Source of the DNA: a virus
Lineage: Duplodnaviria; Caudoviricetes
Length of the DNA: 64,000 nt
IMG/VR virus record: IMGVR_UViG_2918987250_000001
Location: 1-64,000 of that record
Reading direction: 5' to 3' (one strand)
Shown here: in pieces, positions 35,642 through 44,251 of the stretch
Numbering within the stretch: the stretch's first letter is position 1
How the letters are laid out: each line of letters begins with the position of its first letter
Notes under the pieces: model-generated
What the model saw: the letters and a program-made list of their open reading frames with translations, nothing else
Told to the model about the DNA's origin: nothing
Database searches by the model: none
Translations under genes and position numbers: made by a program

Positions 35642-38059
35642 TTACGCCAGGAGGATCTTGCGCAGCTCGCCCATGACCGCCTTCGGCAGCGAGGCGGCAT
35701 CCTCCAGGAGGACGAACTTCTTGTAGTAGTGGCGCGGCGCGTCGTCCTCGATGCCGATGCCGATCGTCTCGATGCCCTTCTTCTCGACCGCATCGACGGT
35801 GAGCTTGAGATGCGCCCGCAGCGCGCGCATGTCGCCGTCAGCGGCCGGGTTGCCGTCGGAGAGCACGAGGAGCACCTTGCGCTTCTCCGGCCGCTGCAAG
35901 AGCCTCCAGGCTGCCCGCTCGACGCACTCGCCATCGACGTTGTTCGCCAGGAAGTCCTGGAACGGCGCGGCGGCGAACCGGCGCTTGACCTCGGAGGTCA
36001 TCCGCTCGTCGAACCCCTTGTAGATCGGCATGTAGAGCGGCTCGTAGCGGGTGAAGGGCACGCCTTCCTTGCGCGCCGCCTCCTGCGCCTCGCGGATCTC
36101 CGGCCCGTAGGGGTTCCACTTCGTCGTGAAGCCGAGCACCTCGTGCTTGATCGCGACCCGCTCGAGGGTCGAGGACAGCGCGTAGCCCGACTGCATCGCC
36201 GTGCGCATCTTGCTCCCGTCCATCGAGCCGGAGTTGTCGATCAGCAGCCCGACGGCCACATCCTTCGACTTGTTCTCGTGGAGCCGGCGGAACACGCGGT
36301 CGTCGCCGGCAACGAGGCGGTGCAGCCCGGCCTGGTGCAGGCGGCCCGTGCGGAAGCCCGGCACCTTCTGGACCTGGGAGCGTGCCTGCATCATCCGCTC
36401 GATGTCACGCTGCATCACGCCGACCGACTGCCGGGTGCGGTCGTCGAGCTCGGTGAGCCACGCATCGCGATAGACCCGCATGTCGGTCGGGAACGGCTCG
36501 ACCACGTCGAAATCGGTCGTGTAGATGCGGTAGGGCGAGGCGAGCGCCGCTTCCTTGGCCTCCTTGCCGATCTGCGCAGCCAACGCCTCCTCGAAGTCGC
36601 TCTCGCGGCAGGTGACGAGCACGACCGGGCCGCCCTGGTCCGGGTCCTCGTTGCCGTGTGCGCCCTCGACCTCTTCGTCGTTGGGCGTGCTCAGCGGGGC
36701 TTCTTCGGCCTCGTCCGCATCCGCACCGTCAGCCGCGCCCGGAGCGCCTGCCTCGCCGTCGCTACCCTCACCCTCATCGCTCTCTGAGCCACCAGCGCTC
36801 TCGCCGTCGGCGTCGTCGCCCGGCTCATCTGCCTCGCGATCTCCCTCCCCAGGCTCGTCCTCACCATCATCGTCGTCAGCACCGGCAGCGCCAACTTCGC
36901 CCGACTCGTCGTCCGCCTGGTCTCCTTCCTGATCGTCGCCATCGCCCTCGGGCGCACCGGCACCAGCATCCTCACCGTCAGCGTTCGGGTCCGCATCCGC
37001 TTCGTCGCCAGCAGCGGAGGCGCCATCCCCCGGCTCGCCGGAATCTTCGGGCTCACCCTCTTCGTCGTCGCCGCTCGCGCCTTCGCCCGGCTCGTCGTCC
37101 TCGGCTGCCGGCTCTCCACCAGCCTCATCGCCTTCAGCGTCAGCATCGTCGGCATCTTCCTCCTGCTCGTCGCCCAACGCGCTCTCGTCGCCAGCCTCAT
37201 CGCCGGCCGACGGCTCGTCGTCCTCGCCTTCCTTGTCCTCGGGCTCGGCGTCCTCGTTGCCGGCGCCCTTGCCCTCGTCTTCCGGGGTCTCACCCTCGCC
37301 GCCGTTGGCGCCCGACGGCTCGTTCTCGGGCTCCTCTTCGGGCGGCTCGGGCGGTGCAGGCGGGGGAGGGGGCGGCGGCGGCGCGGCCTTCTTCGGCGCC
37401 TTGAGCGCGTCGTCGATCTCGATCGCCAGGTCGTAGCAGTCGGCCGTGGACGCGAGCTTCGGCAGCCGGGGCTCGAACGGCTTCAGGCGGTTCCAGGCGT
37501 TCGCGAGCTCGGGGTGCTCGAAGTAGCCCGTCTCCTTGAAGAACTCGATGAAGGGGCGCTGTCCGGCCCAGGCGCGGAAGGCCGGCACCAGCAGGATCGC
37601 GAAGGCGCTGTTCCAGTCACCGGCGGCGACCGCCTTGTCGAGCGCGGGCTTGGTGATCTCGGCGATGAAGAACTTGTGGAGCTGCTCGAGGTTGTAGCCG
37701 GAGCCGGAGAAGCGCTTGCTCATGGCGCGCTCGATGAAGGTGTCCTCCAGAGCATTCCACATGATGCGCAGATGAGGCCGGCCCTTCTTCTCCTCGATGT
37801 CGATGCGACCATGCACCGAGAAGTCGGTCTCGAGGATGTGGGCGACCTCGTGGTCGATGAAGCCTTGGATCGCGAGGATCAGCTCCTTCGACGCATTGTC
37901 GGGCAGGTAGGGGATGTTGACGCTGAACGGCTTGTGCGTGACGCGGTCCGTCAGCACCTTCGCTTGCGTGCCGCGCTGCGTCACTTTCAGGCCCATGCCC
38001 GCGAGGAGCTGCGTGACCTTAACGACAACCTCTCGCAGGATCAGGATCTCGGTGTTCAC
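35642..38059 (-). CDS. cobT: CobT-like protein (HExxH N-domain, acidic linker, vWA C-domain)
   Basis: DHEVAH, NALED, DNSGSM MIDAS, LSDG.P. Confidence 0.88.
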   Translation of the reverse strand: MNTEILILREVVVKVTQLLAGMGLKVTQRGTQAKVLTDRVTHKPFSVNIPYLPDNASKELILAIQGFIDHEVAHILETDFSVHGRIDIEEKKGRPHLRIMWNALEDTFIERAMSKRFSGSGYNLEQLHKFFIAEITKPALDKAVAAGDWNSAFAILLVPAFRAWAGQRPFIEFFKETGYFEHPELANAWNRLKPFEPRLPKLASTADCYDLAIEIDDALKAPKKAAPPPPPPPPAPPEPPEEEPENEPSGANGGEGETPEDEGKGAGNEDAEPEDKEGEDDEPSAGDEAGDESALGDEQEEDADDADAEGDEAGGEPAAEDDEPGEGASGDDEEGEPEDSGEPGDGASAAGDEADADPNADGEDAGAGAPEGDGDDQEGDQADDESGEVGAAGADDDDGEDEPGEGDREADEPGDDADGESAGGSESDEGEGSDGEAGAPGAADGADADEAEEAPLSTPNDEEVEGAHGNEDPDQGGPVVLVTCRESDFEEALAAQIGKEAKEAALASPYRIYTTDFDVVEPFPTDMRVYRDAWLTELDDRTRQSVGVMQRDIERMMQARSQVQKVPGFRTGRLHQAGLHRLVAGDDRVFRRLHENKSKDVAVGLLIDNSGSMDGSKMRTAMQSGYALSSTLERVAIKHEVLGFTTKWNPYGPEIREAQEAARKEGVPFTRYEPLYMPIYKGFDERMTSEVKRRFAAAPFQDFLANNVDGECVERAAWRLLQRPEKRKVLLVLSDGNPAADGDMRALRAHLKLTVDAVEKKGIETIGIGIEDDAPRHYYKKFVLLEDAASLPKAVMGELRKILLA

Positions 38060-38072
38060 TTGCTATTCCTTC

Positions 38073-38090
38073 TAAGTCAGTGCTGAGCTA
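38073..38090. promoter_or_regulatory. 18-bp palindromic site (degenerate)
   Basis: TAAGTCAGTGCTGAGCTA. Confidence 0.7.
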
Positions 38091-38136
38091 TTCTGTATAT
38101 CTCAAATAAATCGGCGATGCTAATAGGTTATCGCAC

Positions 38137-38388
38137 TCACTTCATGGGAATAAGCGAAGCCGAGTCACCCGAGATCGAGATTATGCAATCGCCGTGAACG
38201 GGGTGAATACCGGAGTAATGCTCCATGATGCCGATTGTGACGTGACGCATCTGGTCGAGGACGTAGGTCTGTTCGATCGCTTCGGCCTGATCCATGCGAA
38301 TGATGGTCGGATTGAACTGCTTCATGGGGGTCGAGATGGCCGGAGGAGCGGGATTGATCGTGGGGATCGAGGACGAAACCAGGGTCAT
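38137..38388 (-). CDS. Small hypothetical protein
   Basis: MTLVSS..., 83 aa. Confidence 0.6.
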   Translation of the reverse strand: MTLVSSSIPTINPAPPAISTPMKQFNPTIIRMDQAEAIEQTYVLDQMRHVTIGIMEHYSGIHPVHGDCIISISGDSASLIPMK

Positions 38389-38409
38389 TTCTTGCTGCCT
38401 ATTGTTAAG

Positions 38410-38427
38410 TAAGTCACTACTGACTTG
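38410..38427. promoter_or_regulatory. 18-bp palindromic site
   Basis: TAAGTCACTACTGACTTG. Confidence 0.75.
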
Positions 38428-38510
38428 ATTGATGTTCCAACGCGAACCACCCCTATTGTGGGGTGGTGACTTTCGAGCAGTCCTCAGCGCCCATTGTGGG
38501 CGCTGTGATC

Positions 38511-38960
38511 TCAAAGAGACTTGGGGACGGCACTCACACCGGTCTTGGGCCGGGCGATCTCCCGCAGCGCGTCCATCTGGCGCTCGTCGAACCGAACGGG
38601 TCCGCCGCCGAAGCTCTCGCGGAGCGTCTTGACGATCTCCATTTCGTCCCCGCTCACGGTGTTGCCGAAGGTCTTGTCGATGTCGTCGAGGGACACCGGC
38701 ATGTCTGGCTGCTGCACTGCGAGGCGGAAGAAGAACTGCGGATCAACACGCAGCGCCTTGGAGAGTGGCAGAACCTTGTTTAGTGGCACCTTCGTCTCAC
38801 CACGCTTGAACATGGAGAGGATGTTCGGCTTATCGTAGCCAGCCTGGAGAGCAATGTCGCGCTGACTAATGCCAAGATCGGATAAGGTGTCGATTTGCTT
38901 TTGCAAGAACCGCGACATGGTCGTGTTCTCGTAGGGCCGTTGTGTTATCTTCGTGACCAA
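38511..38960 (-). CDS. XRE-type HTH regulator (candidate repressor or Cro)
   Basis: ISQRDIALQAGYDKPNILSMFKRGETKVPL..V..L..AL.VDP. Confidence 0.82.
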   Translation of the reverse strand: MVTKITQRPYENTTMSRFLQKQIDTLSDLGISQRDIALQAGYDKPNILSMFKRGETKVPLNKVLPLSKALRVDPQFFFRLAVQQPDMPVSLDDIDKTFGNTVSGDEMEIVKTLRESFGGGPVRFDERQMDALREIARPKTGVSAVPKSL

Positions 38961-39049
38961 TGTAATTCTCCTGAGCTGCTATGGGGTGCTCGGGGCTGTT
39001 GCATGTTCTGGCTCTGCATTCGATTTCTCTTCATTCGATGCAGAGACGA

Positions 39050-39071
39050 TATAGCAGCTAGAGCGCGGGTT
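39050..39071 (-). promoter_or_regulatory. Promoter-like motif AACCCG-N10-GCTATA
   Basis: Exact match upstream of HTH gene. Confidence 0.75.
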
Positions 39072-39117
39072 TCGTCGGTGCCGTGCGATATGGCAGAGAA
39101 AACCCGTGTTTGTCGGA

Positions 39118-39135
39118 TAAGTCAACGCTGACTTG
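39118..39135. promoter_or_regulatory. 18-bp palindromic site
   Basis: TAAGTCAACGCTGACTTG, overlapping a plus-strand TTGACA. Confidence 0.75.
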
Positions 39136-39329
39136 ACAGGTTCCCTCAAAATTTCCGACGCGAAGGTGTGGCGCTGACACAACCTAAGATGCCTCATCGA
39201 ATTTTTCCATCGAATCCGCATCCGATTCTCGATTGGTTCCCTCGACCAACTCGTAACGCCTGTGCTCTAAGCCGAATCGCTCAGCGGCCAGCCGTGGAGA
39301 CAACACTTGTTCCAATCGGAGTGTGAGGA

Positions 39330-39629
39330 TTGCTGACAGCCTGCCAGGTGCGAATGGCCCGTGCCGCGCTGGGGCTTTCCCTTCACCAGCTCGCAGCTCT
39401 CTCCCATGTGTCCGAGAAGACCATCCGCCGCACGGAGGCCGCGATCGGCATTCCGCCGGTGAGCCGCGAGACGATGGTGCGCCTGCGTAAGGTGTTCGAG
39501 GACAACGGCTGCTCCTTCGACAGGGACCAAAGCCTCGACTGGGTGCTCGTAAAAGTCGATCGCGGCGCAGCCGGCCTGATGCGGCAGAATTTCCCCGACG
39601 GTGACGACCAGCCCGACGCGGGTGAGTAG
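39330..39629 (+). CDS. XRE-family HTH protein
   Basis: QVRMARAALGLSLHQLAALSHVSEKTIRRTE; typical alphaproteobacterial XRE. Confidence 0.8.
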   Translation: MLTACQVRMARAALGLSLHQLAALSHVSEKTIRRTEAAIGIPPVSRETMVRLRKVFEDNGCSFDRDQSLDWVLVKVDRGAAGLMRQNFPDGDDQPDAGE

Positions 39630-39642
39630 GATCGCCGTCCTA

Positions 39643-39672
39643 AAGATCCGCTTTTGCCATGTTATGGAACTA
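39643..39672 (+). other. Second dif-like site (good XerD-type arm, degenerate XerC arm)
   Basis: AAGATCCGCTT-TTGCCATG-TTATGGAACTA. Confidence 0.45.
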
Positions 39673-39735
39673 AATGACGGGGCGCTTGCGGCCCGTTTTG
39701 CGTTGTGGCACCGTTACTTAGGGGATAGAGGCGCC

Positions 39736-39763
39736 AAGTTCCATAATCAAACTTATGCGAATG
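39736..39763 (-). other. dif-like XerC/XerD recombination site
   Basis: Minus strand CATTCGCATAA-GTTTGA-TTATGGAACTT, 11-6-11 architecture. Confidence 0.72.
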
Positions 39764-39780
39764 GCTCAGCCTGAAACGCG

Positions 39781-39815
39781 GAAGGCCCGGCAGCGGGTGA
39801 GCTGACCGGGCCTTC
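39781..39815. terminator. Hairpin between convergent HTH genes
   Basis: GAAGGCCCGG...CCGGGCCTTC. Confidence 0.55.
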
Positions 39816-39869
39816 CAGGCGCTTAACGAGGGGCGTTGCGCGCCCTGGCGCCATCTAGCAGGCGATTGG

Positions 39870-40379
39870 TTAAGCGTCCATTACCGGACGCGGCAGGTCG
39901 AGCTTGAGCTTCAGACGAACGGTCGAGGCCGGCAGCCGGAGCCGTGTTGCGATGTCCGCTTCGGCCGCGGCGATGATCGCGTTGATCTCGTCTTCCTGCG
40001 TCGGCTCATCCTCGTCGGCCGGATCTTCGTCGTCATGATCCGCGACCGGCGCGGCCTCGTCTTCGTCCGGGCTCTCGGTGGTGAAGCTGGGCTTGACGCC
40101 GAAGGTCGGCGTGCCGTGCAGAAGGTGATGGGTCGTCGTCTTCAGTGCGTCGGCGAGCGCGGTGAGGTTATCCTGGACGGGCATGCCGTCTCCACGCTCC
40201 CATCGACTCACGGCAGCGCTGGTGATCTTCAGCGTTGTCGCCAGTTCACCCTGCGTCATCCTCAGCTTTCTGCGCCGCTCTTTGACACGCAGACCGAATT
40301 GCTTTCTCGAAACCACGGGAGACACCCTTGCTGGCGTTGTTGACCCGCCTTGAATTACACGGGAGTCAACGACATTCAA
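39870..40379 (-). CDS. XRE-family HTH protein with acidic linker
   Basis: RVKERRRKLRMTQGELA...AAVSRWERG; start uncertain. Confidence 0.8.
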   Translation of the reverse strand: MNVVDSRVIQGGSTTPARVSPVVSRKQFGLRVKERRRKLRMTQGELATTLKITSAAVSRWERGDGMPVQDNLTALADALKTTTHHLLHGTPTFGVKPSFTTESPDEDEAAPVADHDDEDPADEDEPTQEDEINAIIAAAEADIATRLRLPASTVRLKLKLDLPRPVMDA

Positions 40380-40521
40380 GGGGCATCTCGGTTTATTTCA
40401 ACGGAATGAAACGGCAAGGCGCAACGCCATTGCGTCAACTGTCCGTTTTCCGGTAGGGCTTCCTGACTCGCCTAGAATCGTGCCACCACTCGTAACGCTA
40501 CGAGTCGCGGAGCTTGAAGGA

Positions 40522-40716
40522 ATGCCTGACACCCAGTCTCACGCCCGCGTGAAGCGGTTGCGCGAAGCCCGCAAAGCCTCCGGCCAGCGGGAGATGAACG
40601 TATGGGTGCCGGCGCATGTCCAGAAGGCGATCGAGAAGGCCGTCGAGGAGGGACGCTTCCCGAGCCGGCGCCTGGCAATCGTGGACGCGCTCGAGCGGCA
40701 GTTCGTGGAGAAGTGA
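40522..40716 (+). CDS. Ribbon-helix-helix (CopG-like) protein
   Basis: REMNVWVPAHVQKAIEKAVEEGRFPSRRLAIVDAL; directly upstream of repC. Confidence 0.7.
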   Translation: MPDTQSHARVKRLREARKASGQREMNVWVPAHVQKAIEKAVEEGRFPSRRLAIVDALERQFVEK

Positions 40717-40731
40717 CGTGATGTAACCGGG

Positions 40732-40812
40732 CAAAGCAAAGGCCCCGGAGCTGGTAACTCCGAGGCCTTGGACCTTCATCGCTGGTTGGTGCCAGGGAAG
40801 AAAGTGATTCGC
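40732..40812 (-). ncRNA. Putative counter-transcribed RNA controlling repC
   Basis: Minus-strand TTGACG(40847)-N17-TTAGAA promoter; hairpin 40739-40769 followed by TTTGCTTT; canonical position upstream of repC. Confidence 0.6.
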
Positions 40813-40895
40813 ACCTCTTTCTAACCTCCCTGGACTCCTCTCGTCAATGACGCCCTCGCGGGCGAACGGTCCCGCTTTGCCTCCGCACAGGAGGT

Positions 40896-42032
40896 TTGAA
40901 GGTGGAGATGGTTCACTCGGGGAGCCGGCCGCTCACGCGCGCCGCGCTCGCCGGTCGGAGACGTGTGCTCGATGCCGAGCGGACGATCTCCCGCAAGGAG
41001 CTCCAGGCCGCCGGCCGGGAAGCTGCCAAGGCTCTACGCCTGCGCCCTGCCCTACGCTCAATGCTCTCGGCGCTCTGCGCGGTTTGGGGTGAGCAGCCCT
41101 GGAGCCGGCTGATCGTCTGGCCGTCCAATGAGCATCTCAGCTCGATGACCGGGTTGTCGGAGCGGGCGATCCGCTACGCTCTGCGCGACCTCGTGGCCCT
41201 GGAGCTCGTGACGCCGAAGGACTCGGCCAACGGCAAGCGCTACGCGATCCGGGCTCCCGACGGCACGATCGTGGACGCTTTCGGACTCGACCTGACGCCA
41301 CTCGTGGCAGGAATGGCGTCTTGGCGCCAAATCACCATGGAGGCGGCCGCCCAGGATGACCGCAGGCGGCGTTCGTTCGAGCTTTTGACCTGTCACCGCC
41401 GCGCGGTGTCGGAGGCGCTCACGGCCCTCCTGACGCGATTTCCCGAGATCGAGGTTTCGGACCTGGTCGCGGCCCACGAATCTCTTGAGAAAGCGTCACC
41501 GAAACGCCGCGGCGCCGGCGATCCCGAGGCTGTGCTCGAGGCATGGGGAGAACTGCGCCAGATGGCAGAGGAACGCTTCTATCAGGCCGCCTCTGCCGGC
41601 AATTCGTGCCGCCATATAGAACAAGACCCCGGATCTCCTGGTGAGACCTGTGCAAGGGCTCCGCGAGAGGAGCCTGGGACGACCCCTCCCCTTCTCCCCG
41701 ATCTCGTCGCGGCTGCCTGCCCGGTCGGCGCCGAGCTGCTCGGTGCGAATCTCACGGCGGAAGCCGACGTGCTCGACGCCGGCCGGCTGGCGCGGGCGGC
41801 GATCGGCGCGCACCCGTCGGCCTGGCAGGAGGCGTGCGAATCTCTCGGGGCGCTGCGCGCGGCCTGCCTGGCGCTGATCGTCGCCCAGAGGCTCGATGAC
41901 GGCGCCGGCGGCGCTGAGATTCGCATTCAGAAGCCCGGCGGCTACTTCCGGCAGCTCGTGCGCCTATATGGCGAGGGCCGCTACGCGCTCGAGGCCGAGC
42001 TCATGGCGATGCGCCGCCGCAAGATGACGTGA
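40896..42032 (+). CDS. repC: RepC plasmid replication initiator (repABC family)
   Basis: IVWPSN..L, KDSANGKRY, AFGLDLTPL, I.KPGGYFR motifs; start may be ATG 40908. Confidence 0.92.
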   Translation: MKVEMVHSGSRPLTRAALAGRRRVLDAERTISRKELQAAGREAAKALRLRPALRSMLSALCAVWGEQPWSRLIVWPSNEHLSSMTGLSERAIRYALRDLVALELVTPKDSANGKRYAIRAPDGTIVDAFGLDLTPLVAGMASWRQITMEAAAQDDRRRRSFELLTCHRRAVSEALTALLTRFPEIEVSDLVAAHESLEKASPKRRGAGDPEAVLEAWGELRQMAEERFYQAASAGNSCRHIEQDPGSPGETCARAPREEPGTTPPLLPDLVAAACPVGAELLGANLTAEADVLDAGRLARAAIGAHPSAWQEACESLGALRAACLALIVAQRLDDGAGGAEIRIQKPGGYFRQLVRLYGEGRYALEAELMAMRRRKMT

Positions 42033-42036
42033 GAGC

Positions 42037-42255
42037 TTGATGACCAGGGAACAGAAAGAAGATCTGAAAAACCAGATCACCATCCAACTACTCGCCACGT
42101 ATCTGCGGGATAAAGATCCCGAGGCCTACGAGGAGTTCTTTCGCCCTCAGATCGAAAACGTGAAGAGGCAGATGCCTAACACCCCGGATGGGAAAGAGAT
42201 CGCGGGGCATGTCGAGACTTGCCTGACGCAGCACCCAATGAAGCATATGCCGTAG
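42037..42255 (+). CDS. Small hypothetical protein (lower GC)
   Basis: 72 aa directly after repC. Confidence 0.6.
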   Translation: MMTREQKEDLKNQITIQLLATYLRDKDPEAYEEFFRPQIENVKRQMPNTPDGKEIAGHVETCLTQHPMKHMP

Positions 42256-42320
42256 GCCACTTGAAACAAAAGGGCGGTCCCGAGAGGTGCCGCCCACCCA
42301 ATGCGCAGAAGGAAGATAAC

Positions 42321-42551
42321 GTGACCGATAAAGAACGCCTCGATGCCCAGGAGCGTGCGATCCAAATACTCGCGAACTTCAATTCACTCGCGGACGTGAG
42401 TTTCCGGGGCTATGTTGAGCAGCAGTTAAGGAAATGGCATGACGCCAGCGAAAACAATATGAACACTAGCGAGGCAGAGAAGGCAAAGACTGCCGCATTC
42501 CACGATGAAATTAACAGATTACTTACGCCTCGGAAGTCGGATTTCGTATGA
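42321..42551 (+). CDS. Small hypothetical protein (lower GC)
   Basis: GTG start after AGGAAG, 76 aa. Confidence 0.55.
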   Translation: MTDKERLDAQERAIQILANFNSLADVSFRGYVEQQLRKWHDASENNMNTSEAEKAKTAAFHDEINRLLTPRKSDFV

Positions 42552-42553
42552 GT

Positions 42554-42628
42554 TGGTCGCGGTGACAGGAATTGAACCTGTGACCTGGGGCGTATGAGGC
42601 CCTCGCTCTACCGCTGAGCTACACCGCA
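42554..42628 (-). tRNA. tRNA with CAT anticodon (Met or Ile2)
   Basis: Cloverleaf: GCTC/GAGC D-stem, CT-CAT-AC loop, ACAGG-TTCAATT-CCTGT, encoded CCA. Confidence 0.9.
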
Positions 42629-42631
42629 ACA

Positions 42632-42708
42632 TGGTGGCGACAGATGGAATCGAACCATCGCGGGCGCAGATTTTCAGTCTGCCGCTCTACCGACTGAGCT
42701 ACATCGCC
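42632..42708 (-). tRNA. tRNA-Phe(GAA)
   Basis: Cloverleaf: GCAGA-CT-GAA-AA-TCTGC, GATGG-TTCGATT-CCATC, encoded CCA. Confidence 0.92.
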
Positions 42709-42714
42709 TCTCAT

Positions 42715-42742
42715 AAAAAAGGGCGGCCCCGAAGGACCGCCC
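42715..42742 (-). terminator. Intrinsic terminator
   Basis: GGGCGGTCC-TTCG-GGGCCGCCC-TTTTTT. Confidence 0.8.
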
Positions 42743-42807
42743 ACACACAGAAAGGAACCCAACCATCAGTCGGCTTCGCAAGAAGAGGGATAAGAGCCCC
42801 TCAGAGA

Positions 42808-42825
42808 TAAGTCAACACTGACTTA
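42808..42825. promoter_or_regulatory. 18-bp palindromic site overlapping ligase stop
   Basis: TAAGTCAACACTGACTTA. Confidence 0.85.
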
Positions 42826-44241
42826 CGCAGCCACGCGCAAATTTTCGTCCTTGTCGTCGCGGAAGCGGACGAAGCGCGGGTGCCGGAGCGAGCCGTCGGG
42901 CGTCACCTCGTGGAACTCGACCTCGCACAGCCGGAACGGGGTGAGGAAGCGGCGCCGGACCTTGCCGTTGACCGTCCAGGGTTCGCCGGCCGGCATCTTG
43001 CGGACCTCGGCATCCCAGAACGCCAGCTCGTCGTGCTTGTAGCCGCCGCCGACGGCGACCACGACCATCTCGCCGTTGTGCTCGCGCTCGACCAGGAAGC
43101 CCGCGAACTTGTCCTCGAGCGCACGGCCGGGCTCGCCGGTCTGCCAGCCGATGATGCGCAGGTCCTCGGTCTCCTCGGCCTTGATCTTCTGCCAGATGTG
43201 ACCCTTCTTCCGCACGTAGTGACCCTCGAGAGGCTTCACCATCGCGCCCTCGAGCTTGTTGCTCCGGTGCTCGTTGTAGACCTCGATGATCTCCTCGTGG
43301 CTGTTGATCTCGCGGAAGTCGGTGAGCCGGATCGGGGCGCCCTCGGGGGCGTGGGCGACGATGAACTTGAGGAACTTGCGCCGCACGCGCAGCGGCACCT
43401 TCCACTCGATCTGCGTCGGGTCGCGCATGAAGGCGTAGGGCACGGCGTCGAAAAGGTAGAGCAGCGCGTCCTTCGCCTCGTTGCCCTTGCGGCGCAGCTC
43501 GCCCGAGGTCTCGGCGTAGGAGCGCGTCATCATCTCGCCGTCGAGCGCGCAGCTCGGGCCGTCCTCGCCGCCGAGCCAGCGGTAGAAGTGCTCGGCCGGG
43601 CCGGAGCCGGCCACGAACAGGTTGTAGGCCTTGTCGTGCGCAGCCGCGACCATGTCGGCGAGGTAGGGGCCGGCCCAGTCGAGCTGCGGGAAGTGGTTGC
43701 CGACCCGCGAGAACGCCTTCGACACGCCGCCGGTGACGAGGCTCATGCCGCGGAATCCATCGAGCTTGGGCTCGACCGCGACCGGGAAGACCTTGATGCG
43801 CTTCTCCTCGTAGGCCCTGGAGAGCATCAGGTCGAAGGTCGGCACCGTGTTCGGCAGGACGCCGTTGATCGTCTTCTCGGAGATGCCGCAGCGCAGGTCC
43901 TTTGCCAGGATGCGCCAGAGCACCTGGGCGGCCGGGCCGTTGAACTCGGCGAAGAGCTTGTCCACTGCGGCCTTGGCCGCGTTGCCCGTCAGCTCGCGCG
44001 CCTTGAGCTTGTGCAGCGTGATCCAGGGCTCGGCCGTCTCCAGGTCGAAGGCCAGCTCGCCGGCGACCTTGGGCGGCTTGGGCGGCGTGATGCCGAAGGT
44101 GACGAACGGGTCGTAGGCGAGCCGCACGGTCTCCTTCACGAGCGGGTCGTCGATGTGCTGCCGGAGCAGATCCTCCTTGGCGTTGCGCGAGCTCGTCGCC
44201 GCGATCTGCTCGAGGAGGGTGAAAACGTCGAACGAGTTCAC
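42823..44241 (-). CDS. lig: ATP-dependent DNA ligase
   Basis: EPKLDGFR, LDGE, EGAMVK, SLRHPRFVRFR. Confidence 0.93.
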   Translation of the reverse strand: MNSFDVFTLLEQIAATSSRNAKEDLLRQHIDDPLVKETVRLAYDPFVTFGITPPKPPKVAGELAFDLETAEPWITLHKLKARELTGNAAKAAVDKLFAEFNGPAAQVLWRILAKDLRCGISEKTINGVLPNTVPTFDLMLSRAYEEKRIKVFPVAVEPKLDGFRGMSLVTGGVSKAFSRVGNHFPQLDWAGPYLADMVAAAHDKAYNLFVAGSGPAEHFYRWLGGEDGPSCALDGEMMTRSYAETSGELRRKGNEAKDALLYLFDAVPYAFMRDPTQIEWKVPLRVRRKFLKFIVAHAPEGAPIRLTDFREINSHEEIIEVYNEHRSNKLEGAMVKPLEGHYVRKKGHIWQKIKAEETEDLRIIGWQTGEPGRALEDKFAGFLVEREHNGEMVVVAVGGGYKHDELAFWDAEVRKMPAGEPWTVNGKVRRRFLTPFRLCEVEFHEVTPDGSLRHPRFVRFRDDKDENLRVAA

Positions 44242-44251
44242 GATTGGTTCC

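Noticed and set aside
34290-38059. Cobalamin biosynthesis operon
   Set aside because: No cobN or other cob genes in the window; phage CobS/CobT-like pairs are better read as AAA+/vWA chaperones.
42554-42708. tRNAs as a prophage att site or host boundary
   Set aside because: Phage-type genes and the 18-bp motif continue on both sides, and no integrase or duplicated tRNA end was seen.
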